A stretch of 63,833 bases of DNA, the filler included, from Octopus bimaculoides (taxonomy: Eukaryota): the NCBI RefSeq assembly GCF_001194135.2. It is 9 parts of 8 records of this genome, joined end to end, with 100 filler letters (N's around TTAATTAATTAA, not from the genome) between each part and the next. Parts side by side here need not be neighbours in the genome. Positions count along the whole stretch, not along the records: positions 1 to 4,816 come from NC_069006.1; positions 4,917 to 22,378 come from NC_068982.1; 7 more parts are not named here. The stretch is one strand, 5' to 3'. Shown in pieces: positions 1 to 12,137 of this stretch. How positions within the stretch are numbered: the first letter of the stretch is position 1; every line of letters starts with the position of its first letter. Position numbers and translations under genes: made by a program. The notes below the pieces were generated by a model. That model did not search any database, was not told where the DNA came from, and saw nothing but the letters and a program-made list of their open reading frames with translations.

Positions 1-35
1 GATGGAAGGCGCCAGATATTTAAGGCTTTAATTTA

Positions 36-1195
36 CAAGTTGCATTCCGGAAGTTTTGAGAGTTTTTCAAAGAAGTACAAAACACTAGGCTCCTTCAAAG
101 TGCACTTGTTGCAGCGCTCTGTCTACTTCGGGAAGGCTCCTTGTAGTCCTCCAAATTGAAGGTATCCAGAAGTCTTCTCACAACTTCCTTCATCTTCTTC
201 AGCTTGTTGGCACTCCGTCGCTTACGACGTCGAGGGTTCCAGTTGACCCTATCAACGGAACAGCCTGCTCGTGAAATTAACGTGCAAGTGGCTGAGCGCT
301 CCACAGACACGTGTACCCTTAACGTAGTTCTCGGGGATATTCAGCGTGACAAGGCTGACCCTTTGAAATACAGGCACAACAGAAATAGGAAGAAAGAGTG
401 AGAGAGAGTTGTAGTGAAAGAGTACAGCAGGGTTCGCCACCACCCCCTGCCGGAGCCTCGTGGAGCTTTAGGTGTTTTCGCTCAATAAACACTCACAACG
501 CCCGGTCTGGGAATCGAAACCGCAATCCTGTGATCGTGAGTCCGCTGCTCTAACCACTGGGCCATTGTGCCTCCACCTTCTTCAGCTTAGGGAGCAAGTA
601 AAAGTCACAGGGAGCAAGGCAGTGAGGGTGAGAAACAGTTTCGATGCGCATCTCTGTCAGGTAATTGTTTACAATGATAGGATTGTTGACCGGAGCATTG
701 TCCTGTTACAGCTGCTCTGGACTCATGCAACAAAATCCCATCCTGAACTCCCTCGAAACCTCCACAAAGTACTCTTTGTTGATCACCTGGCCAGAGGAAA
801 CTTGGTGGATATAGGTAATGCCTTTGGTGTTGGAAAAAGGATATCATCATGAGCATCCTAGTGGATTCGCTTTTTCTGATTTCTTGTAATAGCGAAAATC
901 ACATGTTCGGCTCATGCAAGTTAATCCATAATCAGTCTAAAGCATCTCATAAGTCTCTATAGCGTTTCTGTCCAGTTTAGCACAAAACTTTATTGCACAG
1001 AGACCTTCCAATTTGTCATCAAGCCCCGACTGCACTCTGAAAATCAGTCAGGTGTGACAGGCAGTGTTCAACACAGTATTTTCTAAGCATTTTACAGCTG
1101 TCTCTTTCAATCTGGAATGTTGGCAGGTCAGCTTATTAGATGTATAGTTATGATATGCAGAATAACAATAATCTAGGACAGTTATACCTGCCTCT
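36..1195 (-). mobile_element. Decayed, internally deleted mariner transposon, split by a SINE at 206-576
   Basis: Minus-strand pieces translate to mariner motifs. N-terminal HTH AIKFCAKLDRNAIETYEML (~940-1000). LMMISFF..INKEYFVEVSREFR..QDNAPVNNPIIVNNYLTEMRIETVSHP..LAPCDFYLLPKLKK (590-850). C-terminal KMKEVVRRLLDTFNLEDY..ERCNKC (95-195). TA at 34-35 followed by a degenerate TIR. The 5' boundary is approximate. Confidence 0.85.
206..576 (-). mobile_element. Full-length tRNA-derived SINE (head D, tail D; OR1-like) with 12-bp TSD
   Basis: Minus-strand head has A box TGGCCCAGTGG and B box GGTTTCGATTCC. Perfect TSD cttcttcagctt at 194-205 and 577-588. Confidence 0.9.
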
Positions 1196-1201
1196 CTTTA
1201 A

Positions 1202-1990
1202 CACTAGAAGTACCGAGCGGTCATCTATGACCGCTTTTACATTTTACCTTCGAATTTCTACGACTGCATTGAATGTGCAATCATGAGCGTCAGTTCATAT
1301 ACATATATATATATATATATANNNNNNNNNNNNNNNNNNNNNNNNNNNNNNNNNNNNNNNNNNNNNNNNNNNNNNNNNNNNNNNNNNNNNNNNNNNNNNN
1401 NNNNNNNNNNNNNNNNNNNNNNNNNNNNNNNNNNNNNNNNNNNNNNNNNNNNNNNNNNNNNNNNNNNNNNNNNNNNNNNNNNNNNNNNNNNNNNNNNNNN
1501 NNNNNNNNNNNNNNNNNNNNNNNNNNNNNNNNNNNNNNNNNNNNNNNNNNNNNNNNNNNNNNNNNNNNNNNNNNNNNNNNNNNNNNNNNNNNNNNNNNNN
1601 NNNNNNNNNNNNNNNNNNNNNNNNNNNNNNNNNNNNNNNNNNNNNNNNNNNNNNNNNNNNNNNNNNNNNNNNNNNNNNNNNNNNNNNNNNNNNNNNNNNN
1701 NNNNNNNNNNNNNNNNNNNNNNNNNNNNNNNNNNNNNNNNNNNNNNNNNNNNNNNNNNNNNNNNNNNNNNNNNNNNNNNNNNNNNNNNNNNNNNNNNNNN
1801 NNNNNNNNNATATATATATATATATATATAATGAGATAAATAAATGCTAAAAGACTGTATTTTCAAATTTCTTTATTCATTGCATTTGCTTATATTTCAA
1901 ATAAATTGTATCAAATAAAGATTTTCATTGCTGGTCAAAAATGACCGCTATGGTCCTTGGAGGAAGTAAGAAATGTTGGTATTTCTAGCG
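1202..1990. mobile_element. piggyBac-like non-autonomous element (contains an N gap)
   Basis: TTAA at 1198-1201 and 1991-1994. TIRs CACTAGAAGTACC and GGTATTTCTAGCG. Subterminal palindrome gcggtca-N4/5-tgaccgc near both ends. Confidence 0.7.
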
Positions 1991-4242
1991 TTAAAATGTC
2001 GTATGTAATAAATAATTTATCACATGTATGTTTTGACAGTGCAATCATAGATGCTGTGGTTTGTTCTTCAACTGTTATATTTTGTTGTGTCTCTGTCCAT
2101 TCTGAGTTCAAATTTTGCCACATTTAGCTTAAACTTACATCTTTCTTAAAATTCTATCTCTCTTTATATTTCTGTATCATTTTAAAGCGTGACTATGTCT
2201 CTCTTAAAACCGGCCCTCATTGAACAGTTTTTTTCTACTTTACACACTCCCTATTTAACTATTTGAACCTCCCTTAGATATAGCTCTATACAAAAAAGAC
2301 ACACTGACACATACATTCTCTCTCTCTCTCTCGCACATCACATTTTCTTACAAATCTCTCACTTAGTTCACTTCAAATCTCCCTCTCTCTAGCTCCAGGT
2401 CCTCTGTTTCTCCTACGTCTCCTTTTCTCGCTCTCTATGTTTATGTTTATTTTATTTTTAACTGTTTCAGATTACTGAGAGTTGAAAACGGAAGATATTC
2501 AACAACCAAATACGATTAATATTNNNNNNNNNNNNNNNNNNNNNNNNNNNNNNNNNNNNNNNNNNNNNNNNNNNNNNNNNNNNNNNNNNNNNNNNNNNNN
2601 NNNNNNNNNNNNNNNNNNNNNNNNNNNNNNNNNNNNNNNNNNNNNNNNNNNNNNNNNNNNNNNNNNNNNNNNNNNNNNNNNNNNNNNNNNNNNNNNNNNN
2701 NNNNNNNNNNNNNNNNNNNNNNNNNNNNNNNNNNNNNNNNNNNNNNNNNNNNNNNNNNNNNNNNNNNNNNNNNNNNNNNNNNNNNNNNNNNNNNNNNNNN
2801 NNNNNNNNNNNNNNNNNNNNNNNNNNNNNNNNNNNNNNNNNNNNNNNNNNNNNNNNNNNNNNNNNNNNNNNNNNNNNNNNNNNNNNNNNNNNNNNNNNNN
2901 NNNNNNNNNNNNNNNNNNNNNNNNNNNNNNNNNNNNNNNNNNNNNNNNNNNNNNNNNNNNNNNNNNNNNNNNNNNNNNNNNNNNNNNNNNNNNNNNNNNN
3001 NNNNNNNNNNNNNNNNNNNNNNNNNNNNNNNNNNNNNNNNNNNNNNNNNNNNNNNNNNNNNNNNNNNNNNNNNNNNNNNNNNNNNNNNNNNNNNNNNNNN
3101 NNNNNNNNNNNNNNNNNNNNNNNNNNNNNNNNNNNNNNNNNNNNNNNNNNNNNNNNNNNNNNNNNNNNNNNNNNNNNNNNNNNNNNNNNNNNNNNNNNNN
3201 NNNNNNNNNNNNNNNNNNNNNNNNNNNNNNNNNNNNNNNNNNNNNNNNNNNNNNNNNNNNNNNNNNNNNNNATTCGATACTTAACTCTGCAGTAAATTGT
3301 AATTTTCAACGTTTCAACTTCAATAAATATCTTATAACTATACTTCAGTATTGAGTTCTTTGTATTCGTTGTTATTTCTAATTTATTATAATAAATTCAT
3401 TATTAATGTAATCCTTTCAGCAAAGCTCTCTAAATAACTTTTCACTTAACAGCTTAACTATGCAACACCTTAACAAAAAACGCCACAAAACCACAGTTAT
3501 TTTGAATCTAAGTCAATTGCCCTTCCCCAGTTGTCCTTCTGCAATCTACAGAGCAATCTTAGAGAAAGCCCTTTCACTCGGGTCATATTCGCCACCTTCA
3601 TCTACTTTTCAGAATATTTGCTTAAAGGTAGACCTTCTCTCCCCGCCTTTTTCTATTCCTCACAAAATCCTCCTTCGGTAAAAGTACTCAACAGATAAAG
3701 GCTGCCTCTCCTTTCCGGTCAGAGGAAGGAAGGTAGTGTGTCGATATTCTGTATCGTGGTTCGGTATATTTTCTAGTCGTTTGAGCACTGTATGTGAACT
3801 CGTTGAACAATGAACCAACATGTAATCATATATTCTGTGTAAAATAATCATCCTCACATCGCAGACAGAAAGCTCCACACCAGAGCTTCTCAAATAATAT
3901 GGTATCGCCCCCTGGAAGGCGGGGAAATTTTGTTACAAGTGCTGTGGGTAAAGGGCGATAAATGTATTTGGACAGTTTCTTTTCATCTTTGTCTATTTAA
4001 ATATTTCCTTAAAAAATAAATTAAATGATATAAACTGCTTTTTAAAAGTAATCACTGCAACAGTGACAACATCAGCAATAACAATAAACTTCGTAAAATG
4101 AATAAGGAAATAAATAACAATTAAATACATACCAGCTATTTGTACAGTATTCGATTATAGTCGGGTGGTGCTGTGATAAGTAGTCGTTTGTGCTAAACTA
4201 GTACACGGAACTAAGTCATTCTGATCTGATATTATGGGTATA

Positions 4243-4633
4243 CCGAAAATCCTCGAGTATAATCCGCACTTTTTTCCCAAAATTTAACGGTCAAAATTTC
4301 TAGTGCGTACTATATATGAAGTTAAAAATGAAAATTATTTTCTAAGCAAAATTTTCTAAGTGATAAATATGTAAAGGCAATTTACTTAATATTTATTTTT
4401 CACTGACGTTACTACTGTTATTTCTTTATTTTCTGCAAAGTGCACAAAAAAGCTACACGTTTGCATTATGTTATATATACGTTTACAAACCAAGGACGTT
4501 ATATAGACCTCCTTGACTCAAGTTAGAGAAAGGGTGCGTATTATACACAAGGTCTAGGCTTTTCAGAGGTACAGCCCCCTAAAACTCCCCTGCGTATTAT
4601 ACTCAAGGGCGGACAATACTCGAGGATTTACGG
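4243..4633. mobile_element. pogo/Tigger-like MITE, 391 bp
   Basis: TA TSD at 4241-42 and 4634-35. TIRs ccgaaaatcctcgagtataatccgcac and gggcggacaatactcgaggatttacgg. Internal repeats of tgcgtattatac. Confidence 0.85.
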
Positions 4634-4779
4634 TATACATTAAGGTGAGGTGGGGACTCATTGAATTGCAGCAGTGGGGAGTTGTACAAGTGTAAGTAAA
4701 AGGAAAAAGGTAGCTGTGAAAACAGTTTGAGAAACACTGCGTCACATCAAGCGTCCTCTCACGAATTCTCAAATTGGGT

Positions 4780-4816
4780 AAGTGTGGCTGTGTGGTAAGA
4801 AGCTTGCTTCCCAATC
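4780..4816 (+). mobile_element. SINE A head fragment running into a gap
   Basis: gtggctgtgtggtaagaagcttgcttcccaatc matches the head of the copies at 16025 and 57895. Confidence 0.7.
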
Positions 4817-4860
4817 NNNNNNNNNNNNNNNNNNNNNNNNNNNNNNNNNNNNNNNNNNNN

Positions 4861-4872
4861 TTAATTAATTAA
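4861..4872. other. Assembly linker TTAATTAATTAA (also at 22423, 26894, 44068, 53334, 55459, 60707, 62621)
   Basis: Always centred between N pads (44 N + 12 + 44 N = 100 bp at 4817-4916). It puts stops in all six frames. Confidence 0.95.
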
Positions 4873-4916
4873 NNNNNNNNNNNNNNNNNNNNNNNNNNNN
4901 NNNNNNNNNNNNNNNN

Positions 4917-4963
<47 letters not shown>

Positions 4964-4967
4964 ATAT

Positions 4968-5179
4968 ATCCCCTTCTTCCTTAGATCTCCTGTATGACTC
5001 TTCTGTCCGGCATTCGCCATGATAGATCGCTAGCCACTACACATTCTTTATTTTCTCTCCTTGTTTCTGTGTTGTTCCTTTCTGTGGAACTTTTTTACTT
5101 CCCGAGCGTTAAACTAATACATCTGTTTGTTGTCTACACCACCTGTCTTCGTCTTTTGTTTTTTTTGTGAATACTCCCT
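4968..5179 (+). mobile_element. Penelope-like terminal-repeat fragment with the hammerhead core deleted
   Basis: Colinear with the copies at 21198, 45363 and 57122, but lacks the 25-nt stem II-GAAA-stem III block at 5088/5089. Confidence 0.75.
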
Positions 5180-5214
5180 ATATATATGTATAGAGAGAGA
5201 GGAGNNNNNNNNNN

Positions 5215-5276
<62 letters not shown>

Positions 5277-5364
5277 ACACACAGGGAGACAGGCAGGGAG
5301 ACAGACAGATAAATAGATAGACAGATAGACAAACAGGCAGATAGACAAACAGGCAGATAGATAA

Positions 5365-5428
5365 CTTTCTTTATTGGCCACACAAGGCTAAACACAGAGG
5401 AGCCAAATACAAATGTAGAGCTTTTCTT
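5365..5428 (-). mobile_element. Extreme 3' end of a putative L1/Tx1-like LINE (family E)
   Basis: Matches 30026-30075. Ends aataaagaaag next to an (AGAT/AGAC)n tract. The clade assignment is inference. Confidence 0.55.
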
Positions 5429-5436
5429 ATACTAAC

Positions 5437-5500
5437 GGTCTCTTTGCCGAACCGCTTACGGTTGTCAAGCGATGGTGGGAGGACAAACACAAAGTCACAC
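5437..5500 (-). mobile_element. SINE A tail fragment with internal deletion
   Basis: ctctttgccgaaccgc..ggttgtcaagcgatggtgggaggacaaacac matches the tail of 57895-58278. Confidence 0.7.
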
Positions 5501-5533
5501 ACATATATATATATATTTATATATATATATATA

Positions 5534-5935
5534 CAGGGTGTTTCAAAAATGTGATATCATTCTGCAATCTAATAAATTTGCTAGTTCTTGTTCAAATGAG
5601 TTCAAATTTTAACAGCATGTGTAGAAACAGGTCAACAGTTTATGTTTAATGCTTGATATGTTTATCATTTCAAGTATAGAAATGGCATTCACTGGAAGAG
5701 AAAAGGCGTTTCTTGTGTTGGAGTATGGTCGAATGCAGTCGAACAAGACTGCAGCGTGCATTTTTGTGAGAGATTTCTCTAAAAAGTCACCAACGGCAAT
5801 GCAGATTTGGACATGGTACAAGAAATTCAAAGAGGAAGGCTATCTGTGCAGGGCAAAAGGATCTGAACGACCACTAACATCGGAAGAGACGGTCGAGCGG
5901 GTTCGCCAAAAACTCTTGCGAAGCCCCAATTAAGT
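5534..5935 (+). mobile_element. 5' part of a Tc1/mariner-superfamily transposon with a DUF4817-type N-terminal HTH
   Basis: TA followed by CAGGGTGTTTCAAAAA TIR start. ORF from ATG 5682: MAFTGREKAFLVLEYGRMQSNKTAACIFVRDFSKKSPTAMQIWTWYKKFKEEGYLCRAKGSERPLTSEETVERVRQKLLRSP. Truncated, with no 3' TIR. Confidence 0.85.
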
Positions 5936-6034
5936 TATGTGAACCAGACTTCTAAGAAAATGCGTACAAATATTGACTCATAATACAATATATTTTCTAT
6001 AATTCATTTTCCCACTTGATGGATACGCTGGTGG

Positions 6035-6170
6035 ATCCTCCGTTTGTCTCGACGATGAGAGTTTCCTTGATCGGCCAAATAAATTCCTACTTGGGAAATT
6101 AGAGTTTAAGACACGTGCGCCATTAAACAATTCTTGAACCCAATCAGTCTAATCCACAGGAACTAGGGTG
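6035..6170 (-). mobile_element. Diverged SINE tail-D-related fragment
   Basis: cgacgatgagagtttcc..agacacgtgcgccattaa resembles tail D (230-330 and 7410-7584). Confidence 0.45.
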
Positions 6171-6676
6171 GNNNNNNNNNNNNNNNNNNNNNNNNNNNNN
6201 NNNNNNNNNNNNNNNNNNNNNNNNNNNNNNNNNNNNNNNNNNNNNNNNNNNNNNNNNNNNNNNNNNNNNNNNNNNNNNNNNNNNNNNNNNNNNNNNNNNN
6301 NNNNNNNNNNNNNNNNNNNNNNNNNNNNNNNNNNNNNNNNNNNNNNNNNNNNNNNNNNNNNNNNNNNNNNNNNNNNNNNNNNNNNNNNNNNNNNNNNNNN
6401 NNNNNNNNNNNNNNNNNNNNNNNNNNNNNNNNNNNNNNNNNNNNNNNNNNNNNNNNNNNNNNNNNNNNNNNNNNNNNNNNNNNNNNNNNNNNNNNNNNNN
6501 NNNNNNNNNNNNNNNNNNNNNNNNNNNNNNNNNNNNNNNNNNNNNNNNNNCTTTGGTTATCATATTCAGTACTTTAAGTTTTCTGTCAATCGGCATCTTT
6601 AGAATTTGTAGGCTCCTTCTTTTCAATAATTTAAAGACAAAATCATAAGAAAAAACCCCGTTTAAAAAAAAAAAAA

Positions 6677-6775
6677 AGCTAACCCGTCGTTGGGATTCGA
6701 ACTCGGGGTCCAGAATAAATAACGCATTGCGTTTTATCTGACGTTCTAACGCTTCTGCCAATCGACCGCCTTCAT
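6677..6775 (-). mobile_element. Diverged SINE B-related tRNA head
   Basis: Minus strand reads aaggcggtcgattggcagaagcgttagaacg..gagttcgaatccc (B box). Confidence 0.6.
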
Positions 6776-7409
6776 GGAAGCATTAATGAGTCAAGAGTTA
6801 AACGCTCGACGCACAGACACACCTCACCGTGGGCAACACTGACAACGTTTGATTTTTATATATACATGATGACAATTTACAACTCATTGCTGTCTCATTC
6901 TATCTATAGAAGAATAACTTCAAAATACAAGAGATTTAAAGCGTTTTAGCATACGACATGCTCTTAGTTCTATCTTGATCACAATCCAAACGAACAACTT
7001 CATTATCTGGTAATGTTTATATCGATTTCTCAAATCGACATTCACTTATGTATCATTATGACTCAACAAGTTTTAATTTATTTCACAAAAGCCATTGAAA
7101 TATTGTTTTTAAATTTTTAATTTTTATTACTATTTGTTTTTCCTTTTTTTTTTGCTGATATTATCAAACGTCCGTGCACATAATGATCTCAGCTACTTTT
7201 ATAAAGTATGATTATATAAACATTAGTTTAGTTCTGATACACAGCGTTTTTTGTGCAGTTTTTGTTTGTTTGTTTTTTGTTTTGTTTTTTTCTTTGTATC
7301 ATTGGTCTTTTTTTTTGTTTCTTGATCAACTACATGCAGTTAATGTTCTGAAAGAAACAGAAATAAAAATCCACATCATTAACCTGCTTAAATCTTATCA
7401 AAATGGATT

Positions 7410-7584
7410 CTTCGTCGGTTTCGACGATGAGGACTCTGTTGTTCAATCAACTGAACTGCATGCTCATTGAATTAGCAATGTATATAGCTGAGTACTCTGC
7501 AGACACACGTGCCATTAACATAATTTCAGAGAGACCGAGTGTGACAAAGCTGGATTTTTCAATTACAGGTAAAGTCCATCTGAT
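7410..7584 (-). mobile_element. SINE tail-D copy, tandem with 7596-7766
   Basis: Shares ttcgtcggtttcgacgatgaggactctgttgttcaatc..caattacaggta..catctgat with the adjacent copy. Confidence 0.75.
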
Positions 7585-7595
7585 TAAAATGAATA

Positions 7596-7922
7596 CTTCG
7601 TCGGTTTCGACGATGAGGACTCTGTTGTTCAATCGAATGAATTACCAGCTCATTAAATTAGCATATAGGTGGTTGAGTGCTCCACAGATACTTGTATCAT
7701 TAATACTATTTTCAGAATGAATTGAACGAAGCTGGTTCTTTCAATTACAGGTACAATTCATCTGATGTGCTTCTTCAGTTTCGGTCAGCCCACTTTCATT
7801 CAGAAGAGTTGGAGTGACCTAAGGCTACAGAAAATGATACTTTGCCCAAGATGCTAATAAGTCGGATGAAACTCGGTACCATTTGACGAGGAAGGAACTT
7901 CTCAATCATTCGGCTATGTTCA
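7596..7922 (-). mobile_element. Old chimeric SINE: A-type head and body joined to tail D
   Basis: Minus strand: tagccgaatgattgagaagttccttcc..catcttgggcaaagtatc..gaccgaaactgaagaagc (A-type), then tail D. Confidence 0.65.
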
Positions 7923-8009
7923 TCAACGTTAACTCTAGATACACACCTACGTGAAACCATCTATTTAAAATAATTAATATATTTTAAATAAGTAATACCT
8001 AATATATCC

Positions 8010-8227
8010 AAGGTGGCCAGCTGGCAGAATCGTTAGCGCGTCGGGGAAAATGTTTCGCGACATTTCTTCGGGTTCCCCATTCTAAGTTCAAACGTAGGCG
8101 AGGTGCCTTTGCCTTGCATTCCTTCGGAGCCGATAAAATAAGTACCAGTTGAATACTAGGGTCAATGGAATCGACTTATCCCCTCACCGAAATTGCTGAC
8201 CTTGTGCCAAAATTTGAAATCAGTATT
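8010..8227 (+). mobile_element. SINE B, tail 2
   Basis: aaggtggccagctggcagaatcgttagc head; ends ccttgtgccaaaatttgaaatcagtatt. Confidence 0.85.
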
Positions 8228-8240
8228 TAAAATATCCCAC

Positions 8241-8498
8241 AAGGCAGTGAGCTGGCAGAATCATTAGCACACAGGGAAAAAATACTTAACGGCATTTCGT
8301 CCGACTTTATGTTCTGAGTTCAAATTCCGCCGAGTTAGACTTTGGCTTTCATCCTTTCGGGGCCGATGAAATAAGCACCAGGCCGGATAAGTACTGATAA
8401 AATAAGTACCAGGCTGATAAAATAAGTACTGGAGCTGGTGTAATCAGTTTATCACCTCACCCGAAATTGCTGGCCCCGTGCCAAAAATTGAATCTAAT
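8241..8498 (+). mobile_element. SINE B, tail 2, with an internal ~19-bp tandem expansion
   Basis: Head with B box gagttcaaattcc; gataaaataagtaccaggc repeated about 3 times. Confidence 0.85.
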
Positions 8499-8922
8499 AC
8501 TTGAATTCTAATGTAAGGTTTCTGTAGATAAAAAAGTTTGAATTCTTTGTAAGGTTTCTGTAGATAAAACAGTTCCTATCGTTCAGGTGTATACAAAGTA
8601 ACAGCTTAAAACTAATGAATAACTTATATCTCTTTCATGAAACCGCTTCAACTGGTCTCTACGTAGATAATTAGTCGGATTAAACTCAGTACCATTTAAC
8701 GAGGAAGGAACTTCTCAATCATTCGGCCATGCTTATTAACGCTAACTATCGAGATACAAGCCTACGTGAAACCATTTATTTTACATAGAGAATGCATCCT
8801 CATCCGAATAATTCAATCGTGAGTTTTATATATCTCAGTCATCGTTAAAATCATAAAGGCATAATTGGATGATTGCAGTCTTCGAATAATCTTATTAGAA
8901 ATATGGTCGCAAAGAGATAAAT

Positions 8923-9105
8923 AATGGTTTCAAATTTTGGTACAAGGCTTCCGAGGTTAGGAGATGGCGTAAGTCGATTACATCGAGTCCAGTGCTCGGC
9001 TCCGAAAGTCGACCTCGGTGGAATTTGAACTCAGAACGTAAGGCAGGCGAAACTCCGCAAAGCAGTTTTCCCGGCGTGCTAACGATTTTGCCAGCTCGCC
9101 ACCTT
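8923..9105 (-). mobile_element. SINE B, tail 2, internally deleted
   Basis: gtcgacctcggtggaatttgaactcagaacg..gctaacgattttgccagctcgccacctt. Confidence 0.85.
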
Positions 9106-10304
9106 TGGGATATTTCAGCTCAATTTCAGCTGAGGAGATAAGAACATGAAATAAAAGGTTTTCTTTAAGGACAATGTTCTGCTCGATCAAGAAGGCGAGC
9201 GCACAAAGTTAATATCACGAGGTCAATATCGCGGCCACTATGCCAAAACGCCCGCAAATATTAAATTTATTCTTTAGAACAAAACGTTAAAGAATCATAA
9301 GCATTTATTTACAGGCTCTGAATCCCGCATTAAAAGCCAGCAGATAAATATATATAAATAAAATAACCTGATATCCAAAGATTTTATATAAGCTATGCTC
9401 CAATACTCAATATATGCATATATCTGTTCAGGTTTTTATTAAATCTAATCCTATTATAGCATATTTCAATGTGAGGTGTGTCATGATGACATGATAATTC
9501 TGATGTTCAGGACCTTAAATCATTCAGTTGTTTGTACCTAATATAAAAGTATCAACATAGTTATATTCTCGTCATCATTAAAAATATCAACTGAAGCTTG
9601 GATGACTGCAGTCTTAAACTATTTACTGCAAATTCTAAAATAATGGCTTTTCTTCTCTAACATTAATAGTTATTATTGAAAGCATTCATCCTGATGACAT
9701 CGACAAAATAATATTTTTCTGAAGCCGCAAATTTTTATGCTTGTTTGAATAGATAGTTTGGCTTTCGTTCAACATGTTTACATCGTGTTCAGTCAATCAT
9801 ACACTGTTTTACAAAAGACCAGGAAGACTATGAAATTTATAACTTTTAACCATATCAATCTTCTTGCCGACAATCATTAGTTCTAAAATAGCCTGTTGAA
9901 ATTTCTTTTTCGGTATGCTGAAAATTAATACCAGAAAATTTGTTTAACTGTTTTTGGAAGACGAATGATGGCGTACAGAATCATTCTTAATATGTTCCGA
10001 CATGAATATGCCAATTGCTATTGTATTTCGACATTGAAGAACAACTTTTCCTTTTAGACGAATGTGCGTTCATAACAGATTCGAATCCGAGAGGACGCAC
10101 GGTATTTCAATATTGCTGTGCCTCCTCAGCTAAAGGTAACACGGACCAATGAATCTAACAATTCTTTTTTGGCTTTTGTTTATAAATTCGACAAATAAAT
10201 TATTTGCGTGTTGATATCCACCGGGTAACAATAGTAAATAGTCGTTGATTCTCGTCGCTGTTCACATCATGATGATTTATTAGTTTCAAAATAATTTTCC
10301 TATG

Positions 10305-10310
10305 ATTATT

Positions 10311-10365
<55 letters not shown>
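10305..10365. repeat. (ATT)n microsatellite abutting a gap
   Basis: Direct reading. Confidence 0.95.
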
Positions 10366-11957
10366 NNNNNNNNNNNNNNNNNNNNNNNNNNNNNNNNNNN
10401 NNNNNNNNNNNNNNNNNNNNNNNNNNNNNNNNNNNNNNNNNNNNNNNNNNNNNNNNNNNNNNNNNNNNNNNNNNNNNNNNNNNNNNNNNNNNNNNNNNNN
10501 NNNNNNNNNNNNNNNNNNNNNNNNNNNNNNNNNNNNNNNNNNNNNNNNNNNNNNNNNNNNNNNNNNNNNNNNNNNNNNNNNNNNNNNNNNNNNNNNNNNN
10601 NNNNNNNNNNNNNNNNNNNNNNNNNNNNNNNNNNNNNNNNNNNNNNNNNNNNNNNNNNNNNNNNNNNNNNNNNNNNNNNNNNNNNNNNNNNNNNNNNNNN
10701 NNNNNNNNNNNNNNNNNNNNNNNNNNNNNNNNNNNNNNNNNNNNNNNNNNNNNNNNNNNNNNNNNNNNNNNNNNNNNNNNNNNNNNNNNNNNNNNNNNNN
10801 NNNNNNNNNNNNNNNNNNNNNNNNNNNNNNNNNNNNNNNNNNNNNNNNNNNNNNNNNNNNNNNNNNNNNNNNNNNNNNNNNNNNNNNNNNNNNNNNNNNN
10901 NNNNNNNNNNNNNNNNNNNNNNNNNNNNNNNNNNNNNNNNNNNNNNNNNNNNNNNNNNNNNNNNNNNNNNNNNNNNNNNNNNNNNNNNNNNNNNNNNNNN
11001 NNNNNNNNNNNNNNNNNNNNNNNNNNNNNNNNNNNNNNNNNNNNNNNNNNNNNNNNNNNNNNNNNNNNNNNAGAGGAGGAGGAGAGGAGGGGGAGGAGGA
11101 GGAGAATGCGACTGGATTAGATTCTATAAAGTTATCATAGCTCCCGAAACTTTTTCCATCCCAGTTCATATTCTGGTAGCTATGCTTTCGGGGCACACAC
11201 CACCATTGATAATTAAAGAACCTAAGAGAGAAAAAAAACCCATTAACTACATTTAAGAAAATCTAACATTTGAAAGAATTCATTTCATGCGTATATTAGC
11301 TAATAATTATTTCTGTGCCTCTGCACCATATGAAGTCTATTTTCCTTGTCAGCCTGCCTGCGATCCTAATACACTTTTAAACGTCCATATGTAATTCCTA
11401 CGGGTCTTCTTTTTCTGTATATTCACCGCGACCACTTTACATATAATAAAGTTTTTTCTTCTTTCTTGCTCACTAAATCTTTAGTCTTTACAGTGTTTAT
11501 TTTAACGACTCCCCATGCTAGGTTTCGCTTCCAATTTTGAAATTTATTATTATATAAATCTTCGACAGAGCCAGCAATATGAACTAGCTTATCAGAAGGG
11601 GTTCTTACAGGCACCCAGACTCAGATTTCTTTGTTATGGAATGAAGACTATAACAAATGGAAAAGGGCTCAAAATTAAACGGTGATTTTCAATCTAAGCC
11701 TGTCGATCTGGAAAATTAGATGCTGCCAACCGTACAAAATAAATTTCCTACAATATTGAGTTCTTTCCGCTTCGCTGACGACTGTGTGTTTGCATGAAAC
11801 ATGAGATTTCATATTGCAAAGATCATAAGTTTGTCACTTTATTTCTGAACGTATTCATTTGAACATTTGAGTTCCTTATAGGGAAACTAAGAATATTGTG
11901 AATTTAGAAATGTTTACTGATTAGAAATAAGATACATTTACAATAAATGTATACAGT

Positions 11958-12137
11958 GGACGCAGGAGTGGCTGTGTGTTAAGTAGCTTGCTTACCAACC
12001 ACATGGTTCTGGGTTCAGTCCCACTGCGTGGCACCTTGGGCAAGTGTCTTCTACTATAGCCTCGGGCCGACCAAAGCCTTGTGAGTAGATTTGGTATACG
12101 GAAACTGAAAGAAGCCCGTCGTATATATGTATATATA
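11958..12137 (+). mobile_element. SINE A head and body, running into (TA)n and a gap
   Basis: A box TGGCTGTGTG, B box GGTTCAGTCCC; body ccttgggcaagtgtcttctactatagcc..ggaaactgaaagaagcccgtcg. Confidence 0.9.

Noticed and set aside
500-576. tRNA-like sequences (also 11958, 16025, 22790, 24650, 58200, 63362)
   Set aside because: They have A and B boxes but continue into SINE bodies, with no complete cloverleaf or acceptor stem. They are SINE heads, not tRNA genes.
3660-3893. 77-aa minus-strand ORF in a GC-richer patch
   Set aside because: No recognisable domain or splice structure.
11423-11640. 63-aa minus-strand ORF (PVRTPSDKLVHIAGSVEDLYNNKF..)
   Set aside because: It has a protein-like composition but no recognisable motif, an in-frame stop just upstream and no convincing acceptor.
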